From a virus, in the IMG/VR virus record IMGVR_UViG_3300028840_004447: 64,000 bases of DNA. One strand, written 5' to 3'. Below are positions 38,485-47,046 of the stretch, piece after piece (positions within the stretch are counted from its first letter, which is position 1; each line of letters begins with the position of its first letter). The notes beneath the pieces are model-generated. The model was given only the letters and a program-made list of their open reading frames with translations, did no database searches and was not told where the DNA came from. The position numbers and the translations under genes were made by a program.

Positions 38485-38513
38485 TTTATACCATAAAGAA
38501 ATTATTCTGTAAA
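38485..38513 (-). promoter_or_regulatory. sigma70-type promoter
   Basis: TTTACA-N17-TATAAA. Confidence 0.75.
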
Positions 38514-38520
38514 CCATTTT

Positions 38521-38590
38521 TCAAAAAAGGACGCCCGACCAGGGAGGTAGTCTGGCCAGGCGCCCGAACTCGGATCTGGTTGGCGGCGAG
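38521..38590 (-). terminator. Double hairpin plus U-tract after the C5-MTase-like gene
   Basis: On the - strand: CTCGGACTGGTT..AACCAGATCCGAG, then GGGCGCCTGGCCAG..CTGGTCGGGCGTCC-TTTTTT. Confidence 0.75.
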
Positions 38591-38602
38591 AACCAGTCCG
38601 AG

Positions 38603-39826
38603 CTACCTCTTACAAGGCAACCAGCAAGTTTGACAGATGAGCTTTTGCCGTGCCTTGGGTTTGTATCCGTGGGTCTCACAATACCATTTCTTCGCCTCAT
38701 CGATATAGGGATTCGGGTTGATGACCCGCTGATTGAAGAGCTTCTCCCGGGTTTCCACAACGGGTTTCCCCGCGATATGGGCTGCAATAAGTTCAGCCAC
38801 ATACGTGCAGAACTGAACCGGCATGAATTTGCCGATCTGCTTATAGACAGCCGAATAGGTTTTGAAGTCCCTCAGGTAATCCAGCGGATAGAAAATGAAA
38901 TCATCCGGGCATCCTTGGATCCTTGCCCGTTCCCGCATGGTCAGGGGATTCAACGTGTCCTCTCTGTAGTGGTTATCGAGAGCAGATCCCCCGCCGGTCA
39001 TAACGGGGCAGGTATTGTCCAGACAGATCTTCGAATAGCCGGGTTTGAAATGCTGGACACCCTGCTTGTTGTAGTACTGAAAGTTCCGCTTTGAAGGATA
39101 ATCCCTGATGACCTCTTTGAAGTCGCCCAGGGTCACAACCTCCTTGTCTCGGGTCTCAGCGAAATTGTGTGGGCTGAACCCGTGCAGCCGATCCTTATCC
39201 TTCACATGCACGTGATTGATCTTTTTGATGTCCCTCTTCGGAGGTAGTCCTTTGAGCATATGCCGCAAATGGGTAATGTGCTCAAATTCCCCCGGGACAA
39301 AAACGAACTTTTCCTTCTTCAGTGCACCGATCATGAAGAACCGCCGACGGAAGAACTGCGAATTGCCGTAATGGTAATTCGAAATCCATTCGGGGAACAA
39401 ATCGTAGTCGGGCAGGGCCTCTTTCCATTGCTGAATTGTCCAGCCGATCAGTGACTTCGGAAGGTTGTCCTGAACGAAGAACCGTGGCTTCAGGCGATTG
39501 ACCAGTTCACAAAATAGCGGAATATCTCCCGGGTCTTTCAGCTTAGCCGTCTTGTTCGGCCTGAGGTTGGAATAGGATCCACACTCGGGATGACCCATGG
39601 CCAGATCTATCTTCCCCCGAAGAGCACGGATCTGTTTCTCATCCAGTTCATCTATCTTATGGACGAGGAATGCTCCGGGGAAATTCTCGGTGAATGTGTT
39701 CCGGCCTTGGTCGTCCTGCCAATGGTAGTATGGACGCCATTCAATATTTCCGAGGACAGTAAATCCTGCCGCTCGGGCTCCGATCAGCATCGAGCCGATC
39801 CCTGATGTTAGTCCAATTGCCCTCAT
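38603..39826 (-). CDS. Divergent DNA cytosine-C5 methyltransferase homolog (possible carboxymethyl/alkyl transferase)
   Basis: Start ATG 39826 with RBS GAAGGAG. Motifs I LTSGIGS, IV GHPECGSYS, VI QDNL, VIII Q..RRR, IX RERARIQG.PDDF, X QIGKFMPV. Confidence 0.8.
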   Translation of the reverse strand: MRAIGLTSGIGSMLIGARAAGFTVLGNIEWRPYYHWQDDQGRNTFTENFPGAFLVHKIDELDEKQIRALRGKIDLAMGHPECGSYSNLRPNKTAKLKDPGDIPLFCELVNRLKPRFFVQDNLPKSLIGWTIQQWKEALPDYDLFPEWISNYHYGNSQFFRRRFFMIGALKKEKFVFVPGEFEHITHLRHMLKGLPPKRDIKKINHVHVKDKDRLHGFSPHNFAETRDKEVVTLGDFKEVIRDYPSKRNFQYYNKQGVQHFKPGYSKICLDNTCPVMTGGGSALDNHYREDTLNPLTMRERARIQGCPDDFIFYPLDYLRDFKTYSAVYKQIGKFMPVQFCTYVAELIAAHIAGKPVVETREKLFNQRVINPNPYIDEAKKWYCETHGYKPKARQKLICQTCWLPCKR

Positions 39827-39828
39827 AA

Positions 39829-40698
39829 CTATTTCTCCTTCCTGAATACCAAAATGGTTTGGTATGCCGGAACTTTGATATCCAGATCCGGAAACCGTTT
39901 GTTGTATGTGTTCATGAACAGGGTCGGCGGATAATGGGGCAGGAGCGCCATACAAACGAACTCCATCCCGAGGCCGAGAAGAATCTCCCCGTACATCTTA
40001 TGGAGCAGGTACGGGGCTTTGTTCTGAACCATGTCCTTCACGCCGATGCAGAAATGCCCGCCAGCCTTCAGCATGCCCAAGCTGTCCTCATAGATCTGCC
40101 GAATGTCGTCCCAATATTGTGGAGTTTCCTTCATCCGGCCGAGACCCTTCTGTTGCAAATAGAACGCGGTGCTGGGTTTCCCGAAGATCTTTTGATGCTG
40201 ATCCCCGGAGTACGGGGGATTGTTTACAATTAGGCCGAACTTCCTGCGACCGAGATGCTTGCGGATATCCCGTGCGTCTCCATCCACGATGTTCCACTGA
40301 ATGGACTTGGGGAGTCCCTGCTCCTTCCAGACATAGTTCACATTTGCCTGAGCATACTCGGCAAACTCCAGTTCAACACCGGCTGCACACCTGCCCAGCA
40401 TCATGGCTTCGACGGCTGTTGTCCCGACGCCAATTGTGGGATCAAGCACCCAGTCTTTCGGTTTGGAAAATTCCTGAATGCACCAGCGGGCAACATGGAG
40501 AGGAGTCTTGGCAATATGGGCGAGGTCGGCCTGTTTGTTGTAATACTGCCGGCGCTCCAGTTTGCTATACGGGGTTCCATCAGGACGGATCAGGACGCCG
40601 CGGAATGTCTTGGGCTTGCAGAAGTCACAGTTGCAGTGATAATCCTTTGGCGTCCGTTTGAGGGGCTTTACTTCAACAGTCTCAATCTCATACTTCAT
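39829..40698 (-). CDS. Amino (N6-A / N4-C type) methyltransferase
   Basis: VLDPTIGVGTT (SAM binding), GDAR, NNPPY (catalytic). N-terminal HCNCDFC. Confidence 0.82.
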   Translation of the reverse strand: MKYEIETVEVKPLKRTPKDYHCNCDFCKPKTFRGVLIRPDGTPYSKLERRQYYNKQADLAHIAKTPLHVARWCIQEFSKPKDWVLDPTIGVGTTAVEAMMLGRCAAGVELEFAEYAQANVNYVWKEQGLPKSIQWNIVDGDARDIRKHLGRRKFGLIVNNPPYSGDQHQKIFGKPSTAFYLQQKGLGRMKETPQYWDDIRQIYEDSLGMLKAGGHFCIGVKDMVQNKAPYLLHKMYGEILLGLGMEFVCMALLPHYPPTLFMNTYNKRFPDLDIKVPAYQTILVFRKEK

Positions 40699-41072
40699 AA
40701 TTCCTCCTTATCGTAATGTCTTGTGGATATGCGTTTTCGTTCGGGGTTGTATCCTGTGTCACCCTTCCCGATCGGCACGATTACAGAGAAGCCGAAAAGC
40801 AGGGGCATCCCTTCTGCGGATAGGATATTGTTGCAGCAAAACTCGAGCAGGGATTCCATGCCGTGCAGTCTCTCGACGAAGTCCGCTAGTTTCCGCTTTC
40901 GGTAATCAACCTCACCGGCCAAGGAAATAGCTTTGAGTATATTCTCCTTCAATACTTCTTCAGGGGAATGCTCATCCATGATCCCGACCAAAAGCCAGGA
41001 CAGCAATTCCGATCCCTTATAAACCGGGAGTGGTTCACTGCCCTGGATCTTTACCCAAGCTTGAACTCGCAT
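40695..41072 (-). CDS. Hypothetical protein within the modification cluster
   Basis: Tightly coupled to both neighbours. No recognisable motif. Confidence 0.55.
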   Translation of the reverse strand: MRVQAWVKIQGSEPLPVYKGSELLSWLLVGIMDEHSPEEVLKENILKAISLAGEVDYRKRKLADFVERLHGMESLLEFCCNNILSAEGMPLLFGFSVIVPIGKGDTGYNPERKRISTRHYDKEEL

Positions 41073-41073
41073 A

Positions 41074-41502
41074 TTAGTACTCGGACCGCTGGCGGAATTT
41101 GTTGACGAGGGATTTCTTCAGATACAGCATGGCCACATCCTTCGCATCCAGACCGGACAGGATAAACAGTTCGACCATGAAGTGAAGTGCATCTGCCAGC
41201 TCTTCATAGAAGTGATCCCGGTCGGTGAGCATCTGTGTCTGTTTCCAGGGTTTGTTCTTCAGGCAGTTCATGGCTTCGCCGAGCTCCTCGGTCACTCTCC
41301 AGGCGAAGTCTTTCAGTCGGGCCTGACCCTTGGCCGAGTCCAGATCAACAGGCACATCGGGCGAAAGGAGTAGGTCATTTGCAGCCTCAATCGGATGGTA
41401 CTTTTCCATGAGTTCTTTCTGCCGATCGAAGATAGCCTCGAGCATATCTGTATCCCCGAGGAAGTCCAGAATGTCTTCATCAGTTACATCGTTGATGTTC
41501 AT
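41074..41502 (-). CDS. All-alpha NTP pyrophosphohydrolase (dimeric dUTPase/dCTPase/MazG-like)
   Basis: EELGEA, KPWK, EELADALHF, Y..K..VN..RQ..Y. Confidence 0.85.
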   Translation of the reverse strand: MNINDVTDEDILDFLGDTDMLEAIFDRQKELMEKYHPIEAANDLLLSPDVPVDLDSAKGQARLKDFAWRVTEELGEAMNCLKNKPWKQTQMLTDRDHFYEELADALHFMVELFILSGLDAKDVAMLYLKKSLVNKFRQRSEY

Positions 41503-42862
41503 AGTACATTTCCTCCGCTAATCCTTTGAATTGGTTGATTAAGTGTAGCCGCCAGCTCATTTTGTCCTGACGGATGGCTGGGATCTTCAGGGCTTCTTTC
41601 TTCCGTGCTTGTATAGCTTGGGGGACAATATCTGCAAAGGTCTTCTTCAGGATTCGCTTGTTCATACGCCTCTCGTAAGGGATCTGTAGGGCGTTATTCA
41701 CGACATCCGGGGCTAAGAACGGGCTCCTGAGCTCCACGGTACTGGCCATCATCAGCCGATCCAACCGGGGCAAATGGTAATATACCAGTTCATCAAAGAT
41801 GTCCGTGTATTGGCTGTCATACTGCGCTATACGACGGTATCCGCCGAACAGCTCATCAGCCCCATCACCTGAGATTGCTACGTCGAATCCTTCCTTCCTG
41901 ATTGCCCGACCTAACAGATATTGGGGGAGCATGGATCCAAGGTCGACTGGTGTCTGGTTTGCAGCCAATGCCCCGAGCAGATCATCCCCCTCGAGTTCAA
42001 TCTGCTTCAGTTCCACACCTGAGAAGTCAATGTAGTTCAGCCACTCAGCCTCGTCGTTGTCCACGTGGAACACGGTCAGGGGTTGGTTGGAGAATTCTCG
42101 GGTGAGGTAATACACGATTGTGCTGTCCAGTCCTCCTGATACTAATAAGGAGACTGGCACATCTGATACCAGCCGATTCTTGACTGCTTCCTCAATGGCT
42201 GTTCTGAGCTCCCGGGTAGGTTGCCGTGGCCATTGGAGATTCTGCCTGAGGATATGCTCGACTTGCAGGTTCTCCATATTCAGGATCATATGGCAGTTCG
42301 CTGGGATCTTCATTATGTTTTTGAACGGGGTGGTCTCGGCTGGGTGATAGCCCCATTTAGCAGTGGCCGACATATTGTGCTGATCCCATTCCAGCTCATC
42401 AAGGAGCAGCATCAGTGGGAGAATCTCCGAGCAGATTGCTACAGATTCCTCGGCCACCATAATGTATAGGGGTTTCTTTGCAAGATGGTCAGTGAAGATA
42501 TGGGCGCGCTTGCCCGTGATTCTGCGATGGCCGTCTATATGCACAATAGACCAGAAGCCATCAAACCACTCAAAACTCTGGATGGGAATCCTGCCCATCA
42601 TCAGATCGTGGACGGCCTCGATATCTGAGGAATAGTCCCCGAACGTTTTGTAGTTGAATATCTCTCCGACGAATAAGGTCTGATCCCGAAACGGTTGGTC
42701 AAACTCAGGATCCAATCCTTGAATAGGCAGGCGGACGTGCCCCAGGGAATAGGTCGCGAAATGTTCGGCCCGCGACCTGATCCCCCGATGGGTCATGTGG
42801 TTGATCAGGGTGAGTAGATTTTCTTCATGGTTTTTTCCGATACATAGGGCTAATCCACACAT
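41480..42862 (-). CDS. Asparagine synthetase B-like glutamine amidotransferase
   Basis: N-terminal MCG (Ntn nucleophile), HRG, GH.RL.I, GEI.N, KPLY, SGGLDS, SGDGADELFGGY, DR..MA..VE.R.PFL. Confidence 0.92.
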   Translation of the reverse strand: MCGLALCIGKNHEENLLTLINHMTHRGIRSRAEHFATYSLGHVRLPIQGLDPEFDQPFRDQTLFVGEIFNYKTFGDYSSDIEAVHDLMMGRIPIQSFEWFDGFWSIVHIDGHRRITGKRAHIFTDHLAKKPLYIMVAEESVAICSEILPLMLLLDELEWDQHNMSATAKWGYHPAETTPFKNIMKIPANCHMILNMENLQVEHILRQNLQWPRQPTRELRTAIEEAVKNRLVSDVPVSLLVSGGLDSTIVYYLTREFSNQPLTVFHVDNDEAEWLNYIDFSGVELKQIELEGDDLLGALAANQTPVDLGSMLPQYLLGRAIRKEGFDVAISGDGADELFGGYRRIAQYDSQYTDIFDELVYYHLPRLDRLMMASTVELRSPFLAPDVVNNALQIPYERRMNKRILKKTFADIVPQAIQARKKEALKIPAIRQDKMSWRLHLINQFKGLAEEMYYEHQRCN

Positions 42863-43370
42863 CGTGCAATTCCTCCGTTGGCATGGTATCCCGATTGAAC
42901 CAGAGAATATTCAAACCCGATCGGACCATCCTCATCATCACCCGGTCGTACTGGTAGATGAGACGCAGTCGCTGAGCCTGAACCTTCTCCACATGGTCGG
43001 GCAGTTTGTGTGCTTTGGCTGTTATAAGGTGCCCCGTGATCGTCTTGATTGATGGACGACAGAAGACGATGAGAGGATCCTCTTTGAGTAGCCGACCAGT
43101 AAAGGACTGGATATCCTCATCTGATAGGAGACAGCCATCGCGGACAATGGGACCATATACCTGCTCGGAAAAGAGTGCGAACCGATCCACAAGGGTCTCT
43201 TTCCCGGGCTGTTGCAGATCCAGGACGGAGTCCATACGGCAGAGCAAATCCGCCCTCGATTTCGGTGGTCCCTGGGTCGGAAACAGGGAGAAGCTATCTG
43301 GGGCTTTTTCGAGTAGGTACTGCACCAGATAACTCTTCCCTGAACCGTCCGGGCCTTCGAAGATGATCAT
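42825..43370 (-). CDS. P-loop nucleotide (dNMP-like) kinase
   Basis: IIFEGPDGSGKS Walker A and DR motif (VDRF). Confidence 0.8.
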   Translation of the reverse strand: MIIFEGPDGSGKSYLVQYLLEKAPDSFSLFPTQGPPKSRADLLCRMDSVLDLQQPGKETLVDRFALFSEQVYGPIVRDGCLLSDEDIQSFTGRLLKEDPLIVFCRPSIKTITGHLITAKAHKLPDHVEKVQAQRLRLIYQYDRVMMRMVRSGLNILWFNRDTMPTEELHDVWISPMYRKKP

Positions 43371-43371
43371 C

Positions 43372-44232
43372 TTAGGCCTCGTCCCCCGTTGCCACGGAGT
43401 AGGTCTTATCCTTCCGGTTGAACTGAATGTCGATCATGTTCTCCGGCTTGGTTCGCTTGGCGTTCCGGAGAATGGCACAGGCGGTGACCAGATTCTTGGC
43501 ATCATACCCGGTCCGCTCAATGAGCTCTTCCTGCTTCCAGACAGGCTTCTCATCGAAGGCGGACTTCAGGAGACTGGACTTGGTAATCCGCGGTGCCGGT
43601 TTGCCGAGGGCCTTCAGCCCCTCGAAGATGGTGCTGGTCAGCTCCCCTTTGTTCTTCCCGGGGCCGTCCAGTTCGAGGGCCTTCTTCAGGCGTTTCAGAT
43701 CCCCGACGGACAGTTCAGCGAGGTCTTCCTCTTTCGCGATTTCCATGTAAACATCGTCGGCGCAGATCTCTTTTGCGGCCTTCGCGCTGTTCACGGTTTC
43801 CTTCAGTGTCATTTCGTTTGTGTCAATGATAAATCTCTTAGCCATGGTGGGCCTCCTTTTAGTGTTGGGTCTCGATGACCCGAAGTTAGATTTGATGAAA
43901 GCTTCCTGATCTTCCACGCTGAGTACTATATCACCTTTCAAGCGCCTTGTAAATAAATTTTTCCGTATTTCTTTGTTATTTTTCACGCAATTACGGCAGT
44001 ATACGTCCGTCTCTGCCTTGAAGAAGCACCATCGTTTGTTGACCAACCATCCATGGAAGGGACAGTTGAAATCATCAGGCACGAACTCCCGATCAGTCTT
44101 CTTCGTGCAGTCCTCGACACATGGCCAGACATTACCCTTAGACTCCCGATGGTAGTATTGCCTGTATGCGCATTCGAGGACGGTAATCTGATCTTCCTCT
44201 TTCTCCTGATTCGGACAGATGAACTCGGTCAT
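43372..44232 (-). CDS. Winged-helix-like DNA-binding protein, family member 1 (internal start 43845; Cys-rich N-extension)
   Basis: Internal RBS AAGGAGG before MAKRF. C-terminus ITKSSLLKSAFDEKPVWKQEEL.ERTGYD.KNL..A..ILRN.KRTK. Confidence 0.6.
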   Translation of the reverse strand: MTEFICPNQEKEEDQITVLECAYRQYYHRESKGNVWPCVEDCTKKTDREFVPDDFNCPFHGWLVNKRWCFFKAETDVYCRNCVKNNKEIRKNLFTRRLKGDIVLSVEDQEAFIKSNFGSSRPNTKRRPTMAKRFIIDTNEMTLKETVNSAKAAKEICADDVYMEIAKEEDLAELSVGDLKRLKKALELDGPGKNKGELTSTIFEGLKALGKPAPRITKSSLLKSAFDEKPVWKQEELIERTGYDAKNLVTACAILRNAKRTKPENMIDIQFNRKDKTYSVATGDEA

Positions 44233-44241
44233 GGTTCCCCC

Positions 44242-44415
44242 TTAGATAAAATCCGCCTGACGGCGAGCAATGGCTTTGTCCAGATCCGACCAATTCTCAT
44301 TCTCCAGTTCCGGGTGATGCTTCAGAATGGCCTTGCGGATTTCCTGAGGATCTCCGTCTGGCCCACAGTGTTTGATGTATTCTGAAATTTCGAATTCGGC
44401 GTCTGAACTTATCAT
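44242..44415 (-). CDS. Small hypothetical protein (57 aa)
   Basis: Directly downstream of the promoter at 44449, with RBS AGGGGGA. Confidence 0.55.
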   Translation of the reverse strand: MISSDAEFEISEYIKHCGPDGDPQEIRKAILKHHPELENENWSDLDKAIARRQADFI

Positions 44416-44448
44416 TTAGTTTCCCCCTTGTTTGATTGTGTTAAGTGT

Positions 44449-44477
44449 ACTCTACCACACCTGCAAACGTTTGTAAA
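44449..44477 (-). promoter_or_regulatory. sigma70-type early promoter repeat
   Basis: GGGG-TTTACA-N17-TAGAGT with an A-tract UP element. Confidence 0.8.
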
Positions 44478-44486
44478 CCCCTTTTT

Positions 44487-45053
44487 TCATCTTTTTTCAA
44501 ATCTTTCGATAATTTCCCACCACTTCAGTTTCGGGGCTTGGGGATCTGCCACGGGGGACATGCCGGCCATCAGCTCCTCATAAAGGCCTTGGCTGTAGTC
44601 GGGCTGAGTCGGTTTAGCATCAGGCGCATCCGGACCGAATAAATGGTTTATGTTGAGGAAGGCTGCAAAGGTTGCACGGGCTGTTTTATCCAGTTCCGCG
44701 CTCAGAGCCGTTTTAAGCAGGTCGAATTTCCTCTGGAGGGTTTCCCCTTCCTTAGGGTTCAACTGGACAAGGACAACCATCTGGCCGTCCTTTTCATGGG
44801 ACTGGTGCGGCATATTGAATGTGTCAAACTCGCTGCAATAGATCTGAACCAGAAGGAGCTTCTCGAACGGGGTAGAATACGGGAAGATGAATGTCTCCTC
44901 ATCTTCAACGGCCAGCCTAACCTGATCAATCGTGACCCCGTGCTTGTCCATCAGTCGGACGAGCAGAGCCTTTGCAGACTCTTGCTCGCCCTCGTGACCC
45001 ATTGCAGCAAGCTTATAGACCTTGCCGAGCTTGCTGAGTAGTTTCTTATCCAT
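44487..45053 (-). CDS. DUF2786-like helical protein, paralog A
   Basis: MDKKLL.KL.K.Y.LA..G..GE.E.A...L..LM.KH. Start refined to 45053. Confidence 0.55.
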   Translation of the reverse strand: MDKKLLSKLGKVYKLAAMGHEGEQESAKALLVRLMDKHGVTIDQVRLAVEDEETFIFPYSTPFEKLLLVQIYCSEFDTFNMPHQSHEKDGQMVVLVQLNPKEGETLQRKFDLLKTALSAELDKTARATFAAFLNINHLFGPDAPDAKPTQPDYSQGLYEELMAGMSPVADPQAPKLKWWEIIERFEKR

Positions 45054-45588
45054 TGGATATTTTCCTTGCGTTAGGATCCGCCACGGCCCACATCGAGTTG
45101 TAAATCTGGGAGAAGACATCCATATCAAATCCCGGGTCTTGAGTCTCTGCATCAGGATCCGGATCACCGAACAAATTGTTCTTCGAGAAGAATGCTTGCT
45201 GGGTCATTTCCATGACCTCTTTAAGCTGAACCCGGAGGGCCTTCTTCAAGAGCGTGTATCGCTGGCTGATTTCCTTATACTGACTCGGGGTCAATTTGAT
45301 CCTGATCCGCCTCTTGCGGTCTCTGTTTGCCCGGAACTCCATGCTATTACAGTTCAGGACTTTGCAATAGACCTGGATCAAAAGGGATTTCTCCATTTTG
45401 TCAAAGTATGGGAACTCGTAATATTGCTCCTGCTCAATCACCTCTCGGAGCTCCTCGATGGTCATGTTGTGAGCGGCCATCAGTTCTGCCAATTTCCGGC
45501 CGGCAGTTTCCTTCTCACCACCGATCCCGCGAGTTGCCAAATTGTAGATCTTCTCCAGCCGACTGATCAATTTCTTGTTGTCTCTCAT
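45046..45588 (-). CDS. DUF2786-like helical protein, paralog B
   Basis: Same N-terminal motif as paralog A. Shares Y....EK.LL.Q.YC and N.LFGP/D.PDA. Confidence 0.55.
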   Translation of the reverse strand: MRDNKKLISRLEKIYNLATRGIGGEKETAGRKLAELMAAHNMTIEELREVIEQEQYYEFPYFDKMEKSLLIQVYCKVLNCNSMEFRANRDRKRRIRIKLTPSQYKEISQRYTLLKKALRVQLKEVMEMTQQAFFSKNNLFGDPDPDAETQDPGFDMDVFSQIYNSMWAVADPNARKISNG

Positions 45589-45608
45589 CAGGGTATCCTC
45601 CAATTAGC

Positions 45609-45941
45609 TTAGACGGTTCTCCAGGAGTTCCGAACATCCTGTCTCATTTCTTCCATAACATTCTGAGCTAAGGAAACCTCAGAACCCCACTCACTGTGGG
45701 ACTCGCACCAGGCTTCCATTTCTCTTAATGCTGCCATCTGATCCTCAGTGGTCCGATGCCTGACCGAACAGGTCATTTCTAATTCTCTCCGCCAGACTCT
45801 GTTTCCGCCCTCATCCCAGACGACTGTCATTGACTGCCATTCCTCTTCAGAGACCATGACCTCAACTTCCATCTGGCCTCGGCCTGTGCAGCGCCTGACG
45901 GCGACTGTTTGGTTTTCGGAGTTTCTCATTTCAGTTGACAT
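45609..45941 (-). CDS. Hypothetical protein
   Basis: First gene after the promoter at 45974, with RBS AAAGGGG. Confidence 0.55.
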   Translation of the reverse strand: MSTEMRNSENQTVAVRRCTGRGQMEVEVMVSEEEWQSMTVVWDEGGNRVWRRELEMTCSVRHRTTEDQMAALREMEAWCESHSEWGSEVSLAQNVMEEMRQDVRNSWRTV

Positions 45942-45973
45942 TGTGTATCCCCTTTCTCATTGTGTTTAGAAAG

Positions 45974-46002
45974 ATTATATCACAGAGAAATCTTTTTGTA
46001 AA
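45974..46002 (-). promoter_or_regulatory. sigma70-type early promoter repeat
   Basis: TTTACA-N17-TATAAT. Confidence 0.85.
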
Positions 46003-46032
46003 CCCCTTTTTTGCATTTTTTGCAAAAAAGTT

Positions 46033-46383
46033 TTAGGCTGACAGAAACCCGGACTCGCTGGAGCTGAAACGGGACAGCTCAATAGAGACAGATTGGAACT
46101 TCCTAATCCGGTCAATGCTGAAGATCACCCGAAGAATCACGCCCTGATATCGTCCCTCATCCTGCTCGAACGGGATCTGGAATGCGATGGATTTCCCCGT
46201 GCTCCAGGTCTGTTCTTCTTGCACCTTATAAATACCCTTCAGACCATTGACAGCCCAACCGACGCGGGCTTTCATCTGAGGATTGACCTTGACCCCGAGG
46301 TCGCATGCATCAGGGTAAAGACGAACCTGTTTCTTCATCAGGCCTTCTAAGAAGTGATAGTACTGATCCCCGGCGATACTCAT
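46033..46383 (-). CDS. Hypothetical protein
   Basis: ATGA-coupled to the HNH gene. Confidence 0.5.
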   Translation of the reverse strand: MSIAGDQYYHFLEGLMKKQVRLYPDACDLGVKVNPQMKARVGWAVNGLKGIYKVQEEQTWSTGKSIAFQIPFEQDEGRYQGVILRVIFSIDRIRKFQSVSIELSRFSSSESGFLSA

Positions 46384-46703
46384 TTGACTAACCTCCTCTT
46401 TGTGTTGCGGCGGATTCTCCGCCCGATCTTATCAGTGGCCACCCCGCGCTTCCTCAGATATGCGAAGAACTGCCGGATGGTCTTGGATCCTTTTTGGCTG
46501 TTGCAGGTCTTGCAAGCGGTGACCAGATTAGACTCGTGATTGGATCCGCCGAGCTCCTGGGGGATCAGATGGTCGAGGGTGAAGATGATTCCATCCTCAA
46601 TCCCCTTTCCGCAGTATACACAGGCCAGATCATCGCGGACATAAATAGCTTTCCGTTTTTTAGGCCTGATCCATTTCCCACCGTTGTTAGCTGCATTAGC
46701 CAT
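46380..46703 (-). CDS. HNH endonuclease
   Basis: CVYCG...TLDHLIP..LGGSN..SNLVTACK.CN..KG. Confidence 0.9.
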   Translation of the reverse strand: MANAANNGGKWIRPKKRKAIYVRDDLACVYCGKGIEDGIIFTLDHLIPQELGGSNHESNLVTACKTCNSQKGSKTIRQFFAYLRKRGVATDKIGRRIRRNTKRRLVK

Positions 46704-46714
46704 TCTGATCTCCC

Positions 46715-46951
46715 CTATGCTACGGCCTGAATGATAATGGTATGGGTTTCTACATAAGCAAATCCAGTCCCGAGCTCCAGACCAGAATCAAAAGCATTAC
46801 AGGCTGCATCATGATCTGCAAAACTTGCGATGGCGTGAACTGTATCTTCCCCCATCTGGTTCCGCCCGCCGCGGTATTCAATTACCTCACCTGCGAGCTC
46901 TTCTACCTGAATCATGATGTCCAGAATTTTCTCTTCTTGTTGGTTGGTCAT
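46715..46951 (-). CDS. Small hypothetical protein
   Basis: Follows the promoter/leader repeat, starting ATGACC. Confidence 0.55.
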   Translation of the reverse strand: MTNQQEEKILDIMIQVEELAGEVIEYRGGRNQMGEDTVHAIASFADHDAACNAFDSGLELGTGFAYVETHTIIIQAVA

Positions 46952-46983
46952 TTTGTTTCCCCCTGTGTTATTGTGTTAAGTGT

Positions 46984-47012
46984 ACAATAACACACCTGCA
47001 AACATTTGTAAA
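46984..47012 (-). promoter_or_regulatory. sigma70-type early promoter repeat
   Basis: TTTACA-N17-TATTGT, near-identical over ~95 bp to the 54430-54525 copy. Confidence 0.85.
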
Positions 47013-47046
47013 CCCCTTTTTTGCATTTTTTTGAAAAAAGTTTGCA

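Noticed and set aside
41480-42862. AsnB homolog as part of a 7-deazaguanine or diaminopurine pathway
   Set aside because: No FolE, QueD, QueE, DpdA or PurZ-like genes were recognised in the window.
46380-46703. HNH gene as a mobile homing endonuclease or intron
   Set aside because: It is free-standing in a promoter cassette and does not interrupt a conserved gene. No intron structure was seen.
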